The translations under genes and the position numbers were made by a program. Below are positions 11,851-22,277 of a DNA stretch of 64,000 bases, piece by piece (the first letter of the stretch is position 1; every line of letters begins with the position of its first letter). A model generated the notes under the pieces. That model saw only the letters and a program-made list of their open reading frames with translations, was not told the DNA's origin and searched no databases. The DNA comes from Candidatus Gottesmanbacteria bacterium (lineage in GTDB: Bacteria; Patescibacteriota; Microgenomatia; UBA10105; UBA927): NCBI GenBank assembly GCA_963714095.1, contig OY970230.1, positions 1,023,907-1,087,906 of the forward strand, given 5' to 3'.

Positions 11851-13572
11851 ATGGCCAGCTCTGCCCAACCAATATTAAATGCACTCGTTGCCGACGGTCG
11901 TCTCTCTCAGACTCAGGCGGATGCGATCCTGACGGAGACGTTGTCTACGGGTGCATCCGTTGAAGATGTTCTTATTAAAAAGCGGTTGGTATCCGATATA
12001 GACCTTGCAAAGGCAAAAGCTAAGTCAATTAATGTTCCGTTTGTTACACTGTCAGGACGCGCTATTACTCCGGCCATTGTCAATTTTATTTCCGAACCCG
12101 TTTCCCGTAAATATACACTCATCCCGTTTGAGTTTAATAGTGTAGCAAACGAACTTTCTGTCGCCATGCTGGACCCTCTGGATTTTCAGGTTTTGGAATT
12201 TATTGAAAAGAAATCCGGGAAACGCGTCCGCCCGTTTATGGCACTCAAAGACGATATTCTTTCTGCTATTGACGAAACGTATTCGCAGAATCTCGGTGAA
12301 GATGTCACGGCGGCCTTGAAGGAAACCGTGGAGCCTGAAATCAAAACATATGAGGCGGGCCGCCTGGGTGAAGTTATCCGTGAAGCGCCTATCGCACAAA
12401 TCGTTTCTGCGACCCTTGAGCAGGCTATACATCTGCGTGCATCCGATGTACATATTGAGCCTCAGTCCGGCGACACACGCGTGAGGTACCGGGTAGACGG
12501 AATTTTGCAGGAGCGGCTGGTTCTTCCCAAACGCCTGCACGATGCCGTCGTGTCCCGTATCAAAATCCTTGCGGATATGAAAATTGATGAGAAGCGTGTT
12601 CCCCAGGACGGTCGCTTTAATTTTAAAATGGGAGAGGAAGAAGTGGACCTTCGTGTATCAACACTCCCGACCGTACACGGAGAGAAAATCGTCATGCGGC
12701 TCCTGAAGAAAACCGGCGGTATTCCGACACTGCCCGAGTTGGGCCTGCGGGGTCTGGCACTCAAAAACCTGGAATCTCAAATAGCCCGTCCGCACGGCAT
12801 TATTCTTGTTACCGGACCTACCGGATCCGGTAAAACGACGACTCTTTACGCAGTACTTTCTAAGCTCAATAACAGCAGGGTAAACATTATGACGCTTGAA
12901 GACCCGGTTGAGTACGAAATTCCCGGCGTGAATCAGGTTCAGATTAATCCGGGGGCAGGCCTCACATTTGCGACAGGTTTGAGATCATTTTTGCGGCAGG
13001 ACCCTAATATCATTCTTGTCGGGGAAATCCGCGACCGTGAAACAACGGATTTGGCTATACAGGCAGCGCTAACCGGACATACCGTATTTTCCACCCTGCA
13101 CACAAATAACGCCTCGGGTGCCATTCCGCGTCTTTTAGATTTAGGGGCAGAACCGTTCCTTATTGTCTCGAGCCTCAATGCTGTCGTGGGCCAGCGCATC
13201 GCACGTAAAATTTGCCCGACGTGTAAAGAAGAATATGATCCTGACGAAGAAGTGAAAAAAGACATCAACAACGTGCTCGGCGCGTTGGTGCCGAAAGACA
13301 GCCCGCTGAAGTTGTATCGGGGAAAAACAACGGTTAACGGGGTTGAATGTGCAGCATGCGGCGGAGCCGGGTATTTAGGCAGGATCGGTATATTTGAAGT
13401 GTTCCCTGTTTCCACAGCCGTTGCCAGATTGATTGCCATACGGGCATCGATGGAAGACATTCAACAGACTGCGGTAAAAGAAGGTATGATTACCATGAAA
13501 CAGGACGGATATATGAAAGCGTTGGAAGGCGTGACGACGATTGAAGAAATCCTTCGTGTCGCGCAGGATTAG
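11851..13572 (+). CDS. pilB: Type IV pilus assembly ATPase PilB (GspE family)
   Basis: The N-terminal GSPII_E_N domain reads LSQTQADAILTE. Walker A is GPTGSGKTTTLYA, and there is a C-terminal tetracysteine motif (CPTCK...CAACGG). The start was chosen at MASSAQP; the longer ORF from 11803 overlaps holB. Confidence 0.9.
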   Translation: MASSAQPILNALVADGRLSQTQADAILTETLSTGASVEDVLIKKRLVSDIDLAKAKAKSINVPFVTLSGRAITPAIVNFISEPVSRKYTLIPFEFNSVANELSVAMLDPLDFQVLEFIEKKSGKRVRPFMALKDDILSAIDETYSQNLGEDVTAALKETVEPEIKTYEAGRLGEVIREAPIAQIVSATLEQAIHLRASDVHIEPQSGDTRVRYRVDGILQERLVLPKRLHDAVVSRIKILADMKIDEKRVPQDGRFNFKMGEEEVDLRVSTLPTVHGEKIVMRLLKKTGGIPTLPELGLRGLALKNLESQIARPHGIILVTGPTGSGKTTTLYAVLSKLNNSRVNIMTLEDPVEYEIPGVNQVQINPGAGLTFATGLRSFLRQDPNIILVGEIRDRETTDLAIQAALTGHTVFSTLHTNNASGAIPRLLDLGAEPFLIVSSLNAVVGQRIARKICPTCKEEYDPDEEVKKDINNVLGALVPKDSPLKLYRGKTTVNGVECAACGGAGYLGRIGIFEVFPVSTAVARLIAIRASMEDIQQTAVKEGMITMKQDGYMKALEGVTTIEEILRVAQD

Positions 13573-13580
13573 CGAAGCGT

Positions 13581-14636
13581 ATGGATATTAAACTATTATT
13601 TTCCGAAGCGTTACGGTTGGGAGCTTCAGACCTGCATATTGTTGTCGGGTATCCGCCGATGCTGCGCGTAGCCGGGAATTTAACGCCGGTTACGGGCAGC
13701 GCGCCGCTCACACCCGCCGATACGGAATCGATCATTTTTCCGACGTTTACGGCGGAAGAAAAAGATATCTTTTTAACCAATAAAGAGATTGATTATTCCG
13801 TGGCCTTCGGGAAGAACCGGTTCCGCGCAAACGTATATTACCAGCAGGAATCCATCGCCGCGGATTTCCGTCTCATTCCGGAGACGATCAAGTCGATTGA
13901 AGCATTGGGATTGCCAGTAATCTGCCACGAATTTGTGAAACTGCGTCAGGGATTTATTTTAGTGACCGGCCCGACCGGTCAGGGCAAATCAACGACGATT
14001 GCATCGATGATTAATACCATAAACCAGACGAGGAGCGTTCACGTCGTGACCATCGAGGACCCTATTGAGTATGTGTATCCGTCGGGTCTTTCCGTTATTT
14101 CGCAGCGTGAGATGCATCAGGATACACTCTCCTGGGGTGTGGCACTCAGAAGTGTTTTGCGCGAAGACCCGGATATTGTTCTCATCGGAGAAATGCGGGA
14201 TCTGGAAACTATTCAGGCAGCCATCACGATAGCGGAAACCGGTCATCTGGTTTTCGCGACACTTCATACCAATTCTGCAGCGCAGACAATCGACCGTATT
14301 GTTGATGTATTTCCTGATAGTCAGCAAGTGCAGATTCGACTTCAACTGTCCGCCGTGATAGAGGGGGTACTATCCGAGCGGCTTATCCCCGCCATTGCTG
14401 GCGGTCGTATTCCGGTGATGGAAATAATGACGGCAACACCTGCGATTAAAACGACTATCCGAGACGGCAAGTCTCATCTTATTGATAACATTATCCAAAC
14501 ATCAGCGGAGCTCGGGATGGTGACACTGGAAGAGGCGCTTGCCCGTGCTATCCGCGAGGGAAAGATACGTGCCGACGTTGCGCAAAGTTATGCCCTGCAT
14601 CCGGAAGAATTAGCCCGTCTTTTAAAACAAGGATAA
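13581..14636 (+). CDS. pilT: Twitching-motility retraction ATPase PilT
   Basis: Walker A is GPTGQGKSTT. Length of 351 aa with no N-terminal extension fits PilT rather than PilB. Confidence 0.9.
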   Translation: MDIKLLFSEALRLGASDLHIVVGYPPMLRVAGNLTPVTGSAPLTPADTESIIFPTFTAEEKDIFLTNKEIDYSVAFGKNRFRANVYYQQESIAADFRLIPETIKSIEALGLPVICHEFVKLRQGFILVTGPTGQGKSTTIASMINTINQTRSVHVVTIEDPIEYVYPSGLSVISQREMHQDTLSWGVALRSVLREDPDIVLIGEMRDLETIQAAITIAETGHLVFATLHTNSAAQTIDRIVDVFPDSQQVQIRLQLSAVIEGVLSERLIPAIAGGRIPVMEIMTATPAIKTTIRDGKSHLIDNIIQTSAELGMVTLEEALARAIREGKIRADVAQSYALHPEELARLLKQG

Positions 14637-14641
14637 TCATC

Positions 14642-15853
14642 ATGGCCTTTTTTCAATACAAAGCACGGGGTACGGACGGAAAAATAGTAACAGGGCTCGC
14701 AGATGCTCCGTCGCAGGATGCAGCCATACGGCTACTTCACGAAAAACAACTGTTTGTTGTCAGCATCAGGGTTTCGCGTGAGAGGCTATCATTCGCCTGG
14801 GTTCAACAATATCTTAAACGGGTAACATTCAGCGACATTGTCAATTTTACGCGGCAGCTTTCAACGATGGTGACGGCAGGACTGTCACTTCCGGAATCCC
14901 TCACGATTCTGCGAACCCAAACAACAAATCCTGCATTTGCCGATATACTTGTTGACATTGAACATCAGATTGTTTCCGGCGGAACACTCGCAAATGCCCT
15001 TGCCAAGTACCCCCGGTATTTCTCGACAACCTATATTGCCCTGGTCCGCGCAGGCGAAGCATCCGGAACACTGGATCGGATTTTGGCGAGACTCTCCGAG
15101 TCTCTTGAAGACCAGCGGGATTTCCGCGGAAAGGTGTCGGGCGCCATGATCTATCCGGTTATCATTCTTATCGGCATGGTGGGTGTCATTATTGTCATGA
15201 TGACGGTCGTCATGCCGAAACTTACCGGGTTATATACCGATATGAATATCCAGCTTCCGTGGAGCACGGTTCTTCTTATCTCCATATCAAATTTTTTTGT
15301 CCGTTTTTGGTGGCTCGTGCTGGTTGGTATAGGTGGCGCGGTATGGTTGTTCCAGTGGTGGCGAACAACCGAGTTCGGAGAACTCTTTATGGATCAGCTG
15401 GTTTTTAAAATACCGCTTTTTGGGGAACTTCAGAAAAAAATAATTCTTGTGGATTTTACCCGGACGCTCGGGATGCTCGTTTCCTCCGGCATCCATATCC
15501 TTGAGGGACTGCAGATTCTCCAGGGGTCTCTGGGGAATGTTCTCTTTCGCAACGCCGTAGGAGAGATTTCCAAAAAAGTCGAGAAAGGATTCCCGTTGGG
15601 AGATTCGTTTGCGCAGTATCCCGTGTTTCCGCCGATTGTCTCGCAGATGATGAAGGTCGGCGAGGAAACAGGGCAACTTGACGAAACGCTGAGTAAACTG
15701 TCGAAGTATTTCCAGACGGAATCAGAAACGCTTGTGAAGGGTCTGACTACGGCGATTGAACCGATTATTATGGTGGTTATGGGGTTGGGTGTGGGGTTTA
15801 TCGTCATTTCCGTCATCACGCCCATCTATAAATTAACCAGTTCGATTCAGTAG
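14642..15853 (+). CDS. pilC: Type IV pilus platform protein PilC (GspF family)
   Basis: Two T2SSF repeats separated by TM segments are present. Length is 403 aa. Confidence 0.85.
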   Translation: MAFFQYKARGTDGKIVTGLADAPSQDAAIRLLHEKQLFVVSIRVSRERLSFAWVQQYLKRVTFSDIVNFTRQLSTMVTAGLSLPESLTILRTQTTNPAFADILVDIEHQIVSGGTLANALAKYPRYFSTTYIALVRAGEASGTLDRILARLSESLEDQRDFRGKVSGAMIYPVIILIGMVGVIIVMMTVVMPKLTGLYTDMNIQLPWSTVLLISISNFFVRFWWLVLVGIGGAVWLFQWWRTTEFGELFMDQLVFKIPLFGELQKKIILVDFTRTLGMLVSSGIHILEGLQILQGSLGNVLFRNAVGEISKKVEKGFPLGDSFAQYPVFPPIVSQMMKVGEETGQLDETLSKLSKYFQTESETLVKGLTTAIEPIIMVVMGLGVGFIVISVITPIYKLTSSIQ

Positions 15854-15916
15854 GAAAACTGATACTTGACAAGGGTCGACGCAGCTGTTACACCTAAATA
15901 AAGGAGATTATTTATT

Positions 15917-16423
15917 ATGAAAACTGCTCGTGGTTTTACACTTATTGAACTGCTTATTGTTATTGCGCTTTTAGGTGCGCTTGCCATAGGACTCTTGGCG
16001 ACAATTGATCCGTTTGAACAGCTCAAAAAAGGCCGTGACACGTCAACCAGAAATACCGTGTCGGAATTTTATAATGCAAATTTGCGGTATTATTCCACCA
16101 AATCAGATTGGCCATGGACGTCTCTGGGTAGCGCGACACCTTTAGCCGATCCTATCATGTCTGATGCGGCGACGGGCGCGATTACGAAACTTATTAATGC
16201 CGGTGAATTAAAGGCAGGTTTTACCGGATATGTGGGAGCCGGAACGCTGTCGACCATCTATGTTTCATCGACAGGGCTGGGAGATCTGCATGTCTGTTAT
16301 ATGCCGGAATCCAAAGGGTTCCAGATCGACGCAAATACGATCTATGATCCAAGCGGCGGGACGAGTATAACCACCTGCAAAGCGACCGGTGGGACAGACC
16401 CCTGCTACTACTGCATTCAGTAA
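15917..16423 (+). CDS. Type IV major pilin (PilA-like)
   Basis: The N-terminus has the prepilin motif KTARGFTLIELLIVIALLG (G|FTLIE cleavage/methylation site). Four cysteines near the C-terminus could form the D-region disulfides. A strong SD (AAGGAG) lies 10 nt upstream of the start. Confidence 0.85.
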   Translation: MKTARGFTLIELLIVIALLGALAIGLLATIDPFEQLKKGRDTSTRNTVSEFYNANLRYYSTKSDWPWTSLGSATPLADPIMSDAATGAITKLINAGELKAGFTGYVGAGTLSTIYVSSTGLGDLHVCYMPESKGFQIDANTIYDPSGGTSITTCKATGGTDPCYYCIQ

Positions 16424-18439
16424 ATGGATAATCAAGCAAGAAATCGCAAAAACAGCAGTGTTTTTGCGATTCTTGTTGGTTGTATAGCATTTGTTTCTTT
16501 CCTCCTATTTCAGGCACAGGGCATTGTGGGCGGAGACTCAGGAGATGTGGTGACGGCCGCAGTCACCTTTGGTGTGGCGCACCCCCCTGGGTATCCCCTC
16601 TATACATTTCTTGGCTGGATTGTTTCCAGATTACCAATATTTACTGCTTCATGGCGGGTGGGACTCCTCTCTTCTGTGCCGCATGCAATTGTTATCGCAC
16701 TGGTCTACTGGCTTGTTTCTTCGCTCACGAAGCGCAGAGCCGTCGGATTATTCAGCGCATTGCTACTCCTTTCCAATTACCTGTTTTTTCTCTACAGCGT
16801 GACGCCGGAAGTATTCGCGCTGTTGGACTTGTTTGTTATTCTCCTTATCTGTCTTCTTATCCGCTGGCGACAGACTAAAAAAAATCGGTTTCTTGTTATC
16901 GCATCGTTTGTGTTTGGATTATCACTTGCCAATCAGCAGACTATATTGTTTTTGGTGCCGGCTTTGTTTTACTGGATTTGGCGGCAACGATTCCTTCTGC
17001 CAAAACAATCACAACGATTCCGTTTTTCTGTTGCGTTTTGGTTTTTGGTCGGGTTAGTTCCGTATGCGTACGTATTCATCGCGGCCCGCGGGCACTCAAT
17101 CATCAATTGGGACAGGCCCGTGGATCTCGCCGGTTTTATCCGTCTGATGACGCGGGCGGATTACGGCACGTTTGTGTCCGGCGGGTTATTTGGTGACCTG
17201 GTGATTCAGCGCTTTTTGCAGATTCAGGCCTACGCGCAGTTTATTCTTATGGATTTTACCTGGATTGGAGTTGTCCTTATCCTGACGGGGTTTTTCTCCC
17301 TGTGGAAGCGGGATCGGCCTCTTTGTCTATTCTTTTTGGTTGCACTGCTCTTTTTGGGCCCATTCTTTTTCTTTTATGCAAGTTTTCCTTTGCTTAACCG
17401 GTTTATGCTCGGCACGTATGAGCGGTTTTTATTGCCGTCGTATGTAGTGTTTGCCATTCTTTCCGGTATCGGGCTTGCAGAGCTGGTAGAACGCCTCAGG
17501 TCAGTCTTGAGCCGGCGCATGGCCCGTCTTGTTTTTGGGATCGGGTGTATTGTCATCCTCCTGTATCCGCTCAGCCAGTTGGGGGTCACTCTGTGGCGGT
17601 TTTACGGATTACCCGCAGACAGAACTGCAGATAATCTGGGTATGGATGTGCTTTCGCCGCTGCCTTCCGGCAGCATTCTGTTATTAGGCCGCGATATGAC
17701 GCTCTTTAGTACGCAATATATGCGCTATGCGCTCAATTTCCGGCCGGATGTCATTGCCATACACCAGAGCCGGTTGGCCTCCCCTGATTATCAGGTGACC
17801 CTCCACGCGATATTCCCCGATATCACATTTGCGGCAACCGGCGATGCAACGGTCAATCTCGTGACATCCCAGTACCCGAAGCGGCCGATATTTTCATATG
17901 CACCGCTCCCTGTCGGAGCAGGATGGAGCTGGGTGCCGTATGGGTTAACCTATAAATTAGTTGACCAAAAGACGGCGCCGAACGCAGGCACGATGTATAA
18001 AGAAAATCTTGCCATCTGGAAAACATTGCACGATCCTGCTACAGGAATTCTTTCACGGTACAATCACCTGATGCTTTCCGATGCCCGCGACGTATATGCG
18101 GGTGCGCATATTGCGCTTGGGAGGACGCTAGCGCTTGCCGGCATGCTGGACGAGGCATATGGCCAGTTTAGTGCGGCTGCCAAAATTGCGGGGGACGCAG
18201 AACTTGCAAATGCATATAAGGATGAGGGGGCGGTGTTGCTGCTTCAAAAAAAATGTACGGCTGCGCTCACCGCGTTTACTGCGGCACAAAACGCAAGTAT
18301 CGTACCGGATAGCATCATTACGTATTATGAGGCGAGTACGTACCGCGATTGCCTCGGCGATGCAGCACACGCGAAGAAGCTTTTTGACGAATATGACGCC
18401 GAGAATAAACAAACCCAAACACCATTAGGACAATTGTGA
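16424..18439 (+). CDS. DUF2723/TMEM260-like (PMT-like GT-C) membrane glycosyltransferase with C-terminal TPR repeats
   Basis: The protein has 11 or more TM helices. The first extracytoplasmic loop carries an acidic GDSGDVV motif and AHPPGYPLYTF. The C-terminal 150 aa are TPR-like. The family assignment was made from memory and is inference. Confidence 0.5.
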   Translation: MDNQARNRKNSSVFAILVGCIAFVSFLLFQAQGIVGGDSGDVVTAAVTFGVAHPPGYPLYTFLGWIVSRLPIFTASWRVGLLSSVPHAIVIALVYWLVSSLTKRRAVGLFSALLLLSNYLFFLYSVTPEVFALLDLFVILLICLLIRWRQTKKNRFLVIASFVFGLSLANQQTILFLVPALFYWIWRQRFLLPKQSQRFRFSVAFWFLVGLVPYAYVFIAARGHSIINWDRPVDLAGFIRLMTRADYGTFVSGGLFGDLVIQRFLQIQAYAQFILMDFTWIGVVLILTGFFSLWKRDRPLCLFFLVALLFLGPFFFFYASFPLLNRFMLGTYERFLLPSYVVFAILSGIGLAELVERLRSVLSRRMARLVFGIGCIVILLYPLSQLGVTLWRFYGLPADRTADNLGMDVLSPLPSGSILLLGRDMTLFSTQYMRYALNFRPDVIAIHQSRLASPDYQVTLHAIFPDITFAATGDATVNLVTSQYPKRPIFSYAPLPVGAGWSWVPYGLTYKLVDQKTAPNAGTMYKENLAIWKTLHDPATGILSRYNHLMLSDARDVYAGAHIALGRTLALAGMLDEAYGQFSAAAKIAGDAELANAYKDEGAVLLLQKKCTAALTAFTAAQNASIVPDSIITYYEASTYRDCLGDAAHAKKLFDEYDAENKQTQTPLGQL

Positions 18440-20564
18440 CGCCCAGGCAGATACCGCTTATCCATGCTCCATAAACAAAACTATCCGGCCAATACGTAAA
18501 TTCGATTGTATGAGGCCCCCTGGGCACGAGAATGCCGATGTTTTTGATATTTACCGGAAATATCGGCACAGCTTTCGTATCGATAGTTGCGTGCCAGCCG
18601 GGATAATATGTCTGGGTCAGGACCAGAATCGCGCGCGCGTTCGGGTTTGTGACGGAAATGACATATTGCCCTTCGTCTGACGATTTCACTGCTATCGTTC
18701 CACGGGTTAAGCTCGCTGCCGGTGTTGCGTCAAATTCAACAAGGATGGTATCACCGGGTACGAACGTGTCCGAGGTAAACGCCGCGACGGCATCCTCGAC
18801 GGTATGCACCGGAATCGCCCGTTTTGCAAAATAGACTGGCGGCAGCGGATCGGGATTTTCGAAGAGGCTGGTGGTATGTCCGGCAAACGATATGTGAGCC
18901 TTGAGAGACAATCCTTGCTGGGTCAGCGGCAGCGTGCTGATAACGGTTTTAACAGATAAAAGTGAAAGAAGTTTAATGCCCGTCGCGCTTATGGTGGCGT
19001 TGCTGCTGTCGAAGGTAATAGACTGGTTTAATAAATCCGTAAGCACTCCGGATCTGCGGATTGTTCGGGCTGCATCTTCCTCGATTTGAGGAACGCCCCA
19101 TACCATATTCTGATCAGGCGTCAGCGAATTTCGCAGAAATAGAGCAGGATCGTTTATCCCCCGAAGATTCAACCACCCATGAGGAGCATAGAATTCATTA
19201 TATGTTATTGGTGATCCGATGGTTATTGTATAGTGTGTGAGGTCGATAGAGTGGATGAGCGGCGGATTTTGTACCCATTCTGACGCAGGAACAAGTTTAT
19301 GGTACGGCGACCAGATGATAAACAGCGAGACCGTATGGATGCAAATAATGATGAGTGCAGCAGCAAAAATAATCCCGGATTTTTTCCCGTATCCCATCAG
19401 CCGGTCGAATGCGTGAACGGACAGAACTATAAGTGCGATTACAAAAAGCCAGATGAAGCGGGACGGCACGCGGAACAGGTTGAAGGGCCAAAATGAATAG
19501 ATAAGATAGAGCGGTGAATTGCTTCCGGTCATAAGAAGAAAGGATGCGCCCAAGACAAGGAGAAAAAAAAGTGTGGATTTGATCCGGAATTTTTTCCATA
19601 CCGCAATACTGGCATACACAGCAAGGAAAATCAGAGGAAGAATGCCGATATATGCGGTATTTTCCCAAAAAATGCTTCCGGAGAACACTGAAAAATTTGG
19701 GTAGGTGCCGGTTGCGGGATTGCCAAGGGCAAACGGGTTGATAAGCGTGAGAAGATGTTTGAACGGGTATGAATAATATGCGGCCTGATCGGGAGAAAAA
19801 CCCGTAGCAGTCACGAGCGTTTTTAAGTATTCCACCGACGGAAGTATTTGAGCGGCGGCGGCGGCACACCCGACCGTAATGGCAATAACGAACATGATTG
19901 TTTTTTGTTTCCAATCAACACCGGTACGCATAAGCCATATCCAGTACGCGCCGAGGAATAAGAGGGTAATAAATACGCACTGCGGGAATCCGACGAAAAT
20001 GAGTTGTGAAAGAAAGAGAATAAACCATCCGACGGCACACCACGATTTTTTATTCGCCAATATCAGCGTGAGGGCGGCAAGCCAGGGAAAAAGACAATAA
20101 CTCTGAACGATCGTTATGTGGGTAAGCTGGGCAATAATATAACCGGAAAGGACAGTTGTTATTGATCCGAAAACACAGGCAATGCGGCTGTAGTTCATGA
20201 GTCGCAGCCAGACATACATTCCCCACCCCATGATACAGAGAGTAAGGACCAGCGCTATATTGTATGCTGCAACCGGGTTAAGGATGCTAAATAAAATAAA
20301 ATTCGGTAAGAAAAAAGTTGACATTGAGCCGAACGCATATATCGGATATCCCCCGCCGATAAGTGACGTCCACAGTGGTATGCGGTGCTCGGAAAGTTGT
20401 GTGCTATAAAAGAATTTCGTTGAAATCGCAAGGACGGCGTCACTTTGTCCGAAGTCGGGTGTCACAATAAGCTGCGGCGTAGGCCAGAATAACCGGAAGA
20501 AAAAGGCGGTTACGACGATGGTGATAAGACCGACCGCACACATATCTTTCCATGTCCATTTCAT
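18318..20564 (-). CDS. YfhO-like polytopic membrane protein (GT-C-type glycosyltransferase family)
   Basis: The N-terminal half is multi-TM, followed by a large extracytoplasmic domain and a final TM. Architecture and size (748 aa) fit the YfhO family. Its 3' end overlaps the previous gene's 3' end by 122 nt in convergent orientation. Confidence 0.45.
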   Translation of the reverse strand: MKWTWKDMCAVGLITIVVTAFFFRLFWPTPQLIVTPDFGQSDAVLAISTKFFYSTQLSEHRIPLWTSLIGGGYPIYAFGSMSTFFLPNFILFSILNPVAAYNIALVLTLCIMGWGMYVWLRLMNYSRIACVFGSITTVLSGYIIAQLTHITIVQSYCLFPWLAALTLILANKKSWCAVGWFILFLSQLIFVGFPQCVFITLLFLGAYWIWLMRTGVDWKQKTIMFVIAITVGCAAAAAQILPSVEYLKTLVTATGFSPDQAAYYSYPFKHLLTLINPFALGNPATGTYPNFSVFSGSIFWENTAYIGILPLIFLAVYASIAVWKKFRIKSTLFFLLVLGASFLLMTGSNSPLYLIYSFWPFNLFRVPSRFIWLFVIALIVLSVHAFDRLMGYGKKSGIIFAAALIIICIHTVSLFIIWSPYHKLVPASEWVQNPPLIHSIDLTHYTITIGSPITYNEFYAPHGWLNLRGINDPALFLRNSLTPDQNMVWGVPQIEEDAARTIRRSGVLTDLLNQSITFDSSNATISATGIKLLSLLSVKTVISTLPLTQQGLSLKAHISFAGHTTSLFENPDPLPPVYFAKRAIPVHTVEDAVAAFTSDTFVPGDTILVEFDATPAASLTRGTIAVKSSDEGQYVISVTNPNARAILVLTQTYYPGWHATIDTKAVPIFPVNIKNIGILVPRGPHTIEFTYWPDSFVYGAWISGICLGVTIVLMVFGFVYSRRHIRQKASSRVLHRRGNRGTYSPHNT

Positions 20565-20619
20565 GAAGGCAAGTGTACCATACTTGACATAGTCTGGTTA
20601 AGATCCGACACTGGATAGT

Positions 20620-21354
20620 ATGATGATTGTTTTTCTTTTTATTCTCGGACTGGCGGTCGGATCGTTTGCCAACGTATTAATTGATCGGTTACCCAAAGGA
20701 GAGAGTATTGTGTGGGGACGTTCTCATTGTGATTACTGCAAAAAACCCCTTCGGTGGTATGAACTGTTTCCCGTCGTTTCTTATGTGATACAGGCAGGCC
20801 GTTGCCGGCGGTGCAGGAAAAAGCTTTCGGTACAATATCCGATTATTGAATTTGTTACAGGGATCGGATTTGCCCTGTTGTATCCCGGGTACATAGCGTA
20901 TTATGCACTGTTTATTTCTTTGCTTGTTATTTTTATCGCTGATCTCAAATATCAGATTATTCCCGACAGTATGATTGTTCTCGGATTTGCAGCGGCCATA
21001 CTGTATTGGTATGAAAAAAGATTGTCCTTTGCCGGCATTTCGGAGTCTTTAGTAACAGGGTTTATTTCTTTCGCAGCTTTTTATGCACTTTGGGCACTCA
21101 CACGGGGGAAAGGACTGGGGTTCGGCGACGTAAAATTTGCGCCTCTCATGGGCGTCCTGTTGGGATTTCCCGGCGTTGTTTTTGCCTTCTACGTCGCTTT
21201 CTTGACGGGCGCTTTGGCGGCTGTCATACTGATGATAGGAAGGAAAAAGACCTGGAAAAGCAAAATTGCATTCGGGCCGTTTCTGGTAGCAGGAACGGTG
21301 GCTGCACTTATATGGCAACCACAACTCATATCATTATGGAGGATGTATATATGA
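20620..21354 (+). CDS. pilD: Prepilin peptidase PilD (A24 family)
   Basis: The N-terminal Zn-binding tetracysteine motif (CDYC...CRRC), 8 TM helices and the catalytic GFGDVK motif are present. Confidence 0.9.
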   Translation: MMIVFLFILGLAVGSFANVLIDRLPKGESIVWGRSHCDYCKKPLRWYELFPVVSYVIQAGRCRRCRKKLSVQYPIIEFVTGIGFALLYPGYIAYYALFISLLVIFIADLKYQIIPDSMIVLGFAAAILYWYEKRLSFAGISESLVTGFISFAAFYALWALTRGKGLGFGDVKFAPLMGVLLGFPGVVFAFYVAFLTGALAAVILMIGRKKTWKSKIAFGPFLVAGTVAALIWQPQLISLWRMYI

Positions 21355-21803
21355 AAAAACGAGGGTTTACGTTGATGGAACTTCTTATCGTTATTGCCAT
21401 TATGGGTATTCTTGTATCAATAGGTGTCGCCTCCTATGCCACGGCCCAAAAAAAGGGCCGGGATGCACGAAGAATTTCGGATATGAAAGCTGTGCAAAAT
21501 GCTTTTGAACAATATGATGCTGTTAATAGCGGCTCATATCCGGCTACGTGTGGCGCAATAACAGCAGACCCGACATACTTGCCCGGCGGGTTTCCGACGG
21601 ACCCAAAAAACTTCACGGGCTCCGATGCATCGACGACCTTTGTCTATGATTTTAGTGACCCACATTGCTCGGCTTCATCCTACTGTTTTTGCGCGCACCT
21701 TGAGTCCGGAACGGGAAATGAGAGCGCAGATCCGGGTTCTCCTGCCTGCACGTTTACATCATTAGGAACAGAACAATACTATTGTGTCGGAAATTTACAA
21801 TAA
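21351..21803 (+). CDS. Type IV pilin-like protein
   Basis: The N-terminus is MKKRGFTLMELLIVIAIMGIL with a Cys-rich C-terminus. The start lies inside a longer out-of-frame ORF (21090) and overlaps the pilD stop (ATGA). Confidence 0.8.
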   Translation: MKKRGFTLMELLIVIAIMGILVSIGVASYATAQKKGRDARRISDMKAVQNAFEQYDAVNSGSYPATCGAITADPTYLPGGFPTDPKNFTGSDASTTFVYDFSDPHCSASSYCFCAHLESGTGNESADPGSPACTFTSLGTEQYYCVGNLQ

Positions 21804-21810
21804 TCCAGCC

Positions 21811-22275
21811 ATGAAACATGCGGTACATCCGGGGAATGGATTTACTTTAATAGAAATCTTGGTGGTAGCAACCATCATTGCCGTATTGACCGCGATCGGC
21901 GTGGTATCGTACGGGTCCATTAACTTGCGGACGCGGAATGCCAAGCGGAAAAGTGATCTGGAGCAGGTGCGAAGCGCGCTTGAGATGTATAGGATTGATA
22001 ATGGGTCATATCCGGGAACGAGCACGAACTTTATCACATTATCAAGCCTTGATCCTGGTGACGGCACTGGTCCGTTGGTTACAACCTATCTGCCTTCAAT
22101 TCCCAGGGATCCGGAAAGCACGGTGGCAACACCGATAGAATATTATTACCGCGTCATTGGATCCGGTCCCCCATATTATAGTTATTGTCTCTGCGGGCAG
22201 CTGGAAAGTAGTTCCGGTGACTACTGCGGTGTAGCGCATATAGCTAATTGTAATTATTATCTGAAAAATCCTTAA
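21811..22275 (+). CDS. Type IV pilin-like protein
   Basis: The N-terminus reads MKHAVHPGNGFTLIEILVVATIIAVL, a prepilin motif. Confidence 0.8.
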   Translation: MKHAVHPGNGFTLIEILVVATIIAVLTAIGVVSYGSINLRTRNAKRKSDLEQVRSALEMYRIDNGSYPGTSTNFITLSSLDPGDGTGPLVTTYLPSIPRDPESTVATPIEYYYRVIGSGPPYYSYCLCGQLESSSGDYCGVAHIANCNYYLKNP

Positions 22276-22277
22276 CT

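Noticed and set aside
21090-21803. 237-aa ORF spanning the 3' half of pilD and the next pilin
   Set aside because: Its first 87 codons are an out-of-frame read of pilD. The real gene is the pilin starting at the internal MKKRGFTLMELL (21351), whose ATG overlaps the pilD stop.
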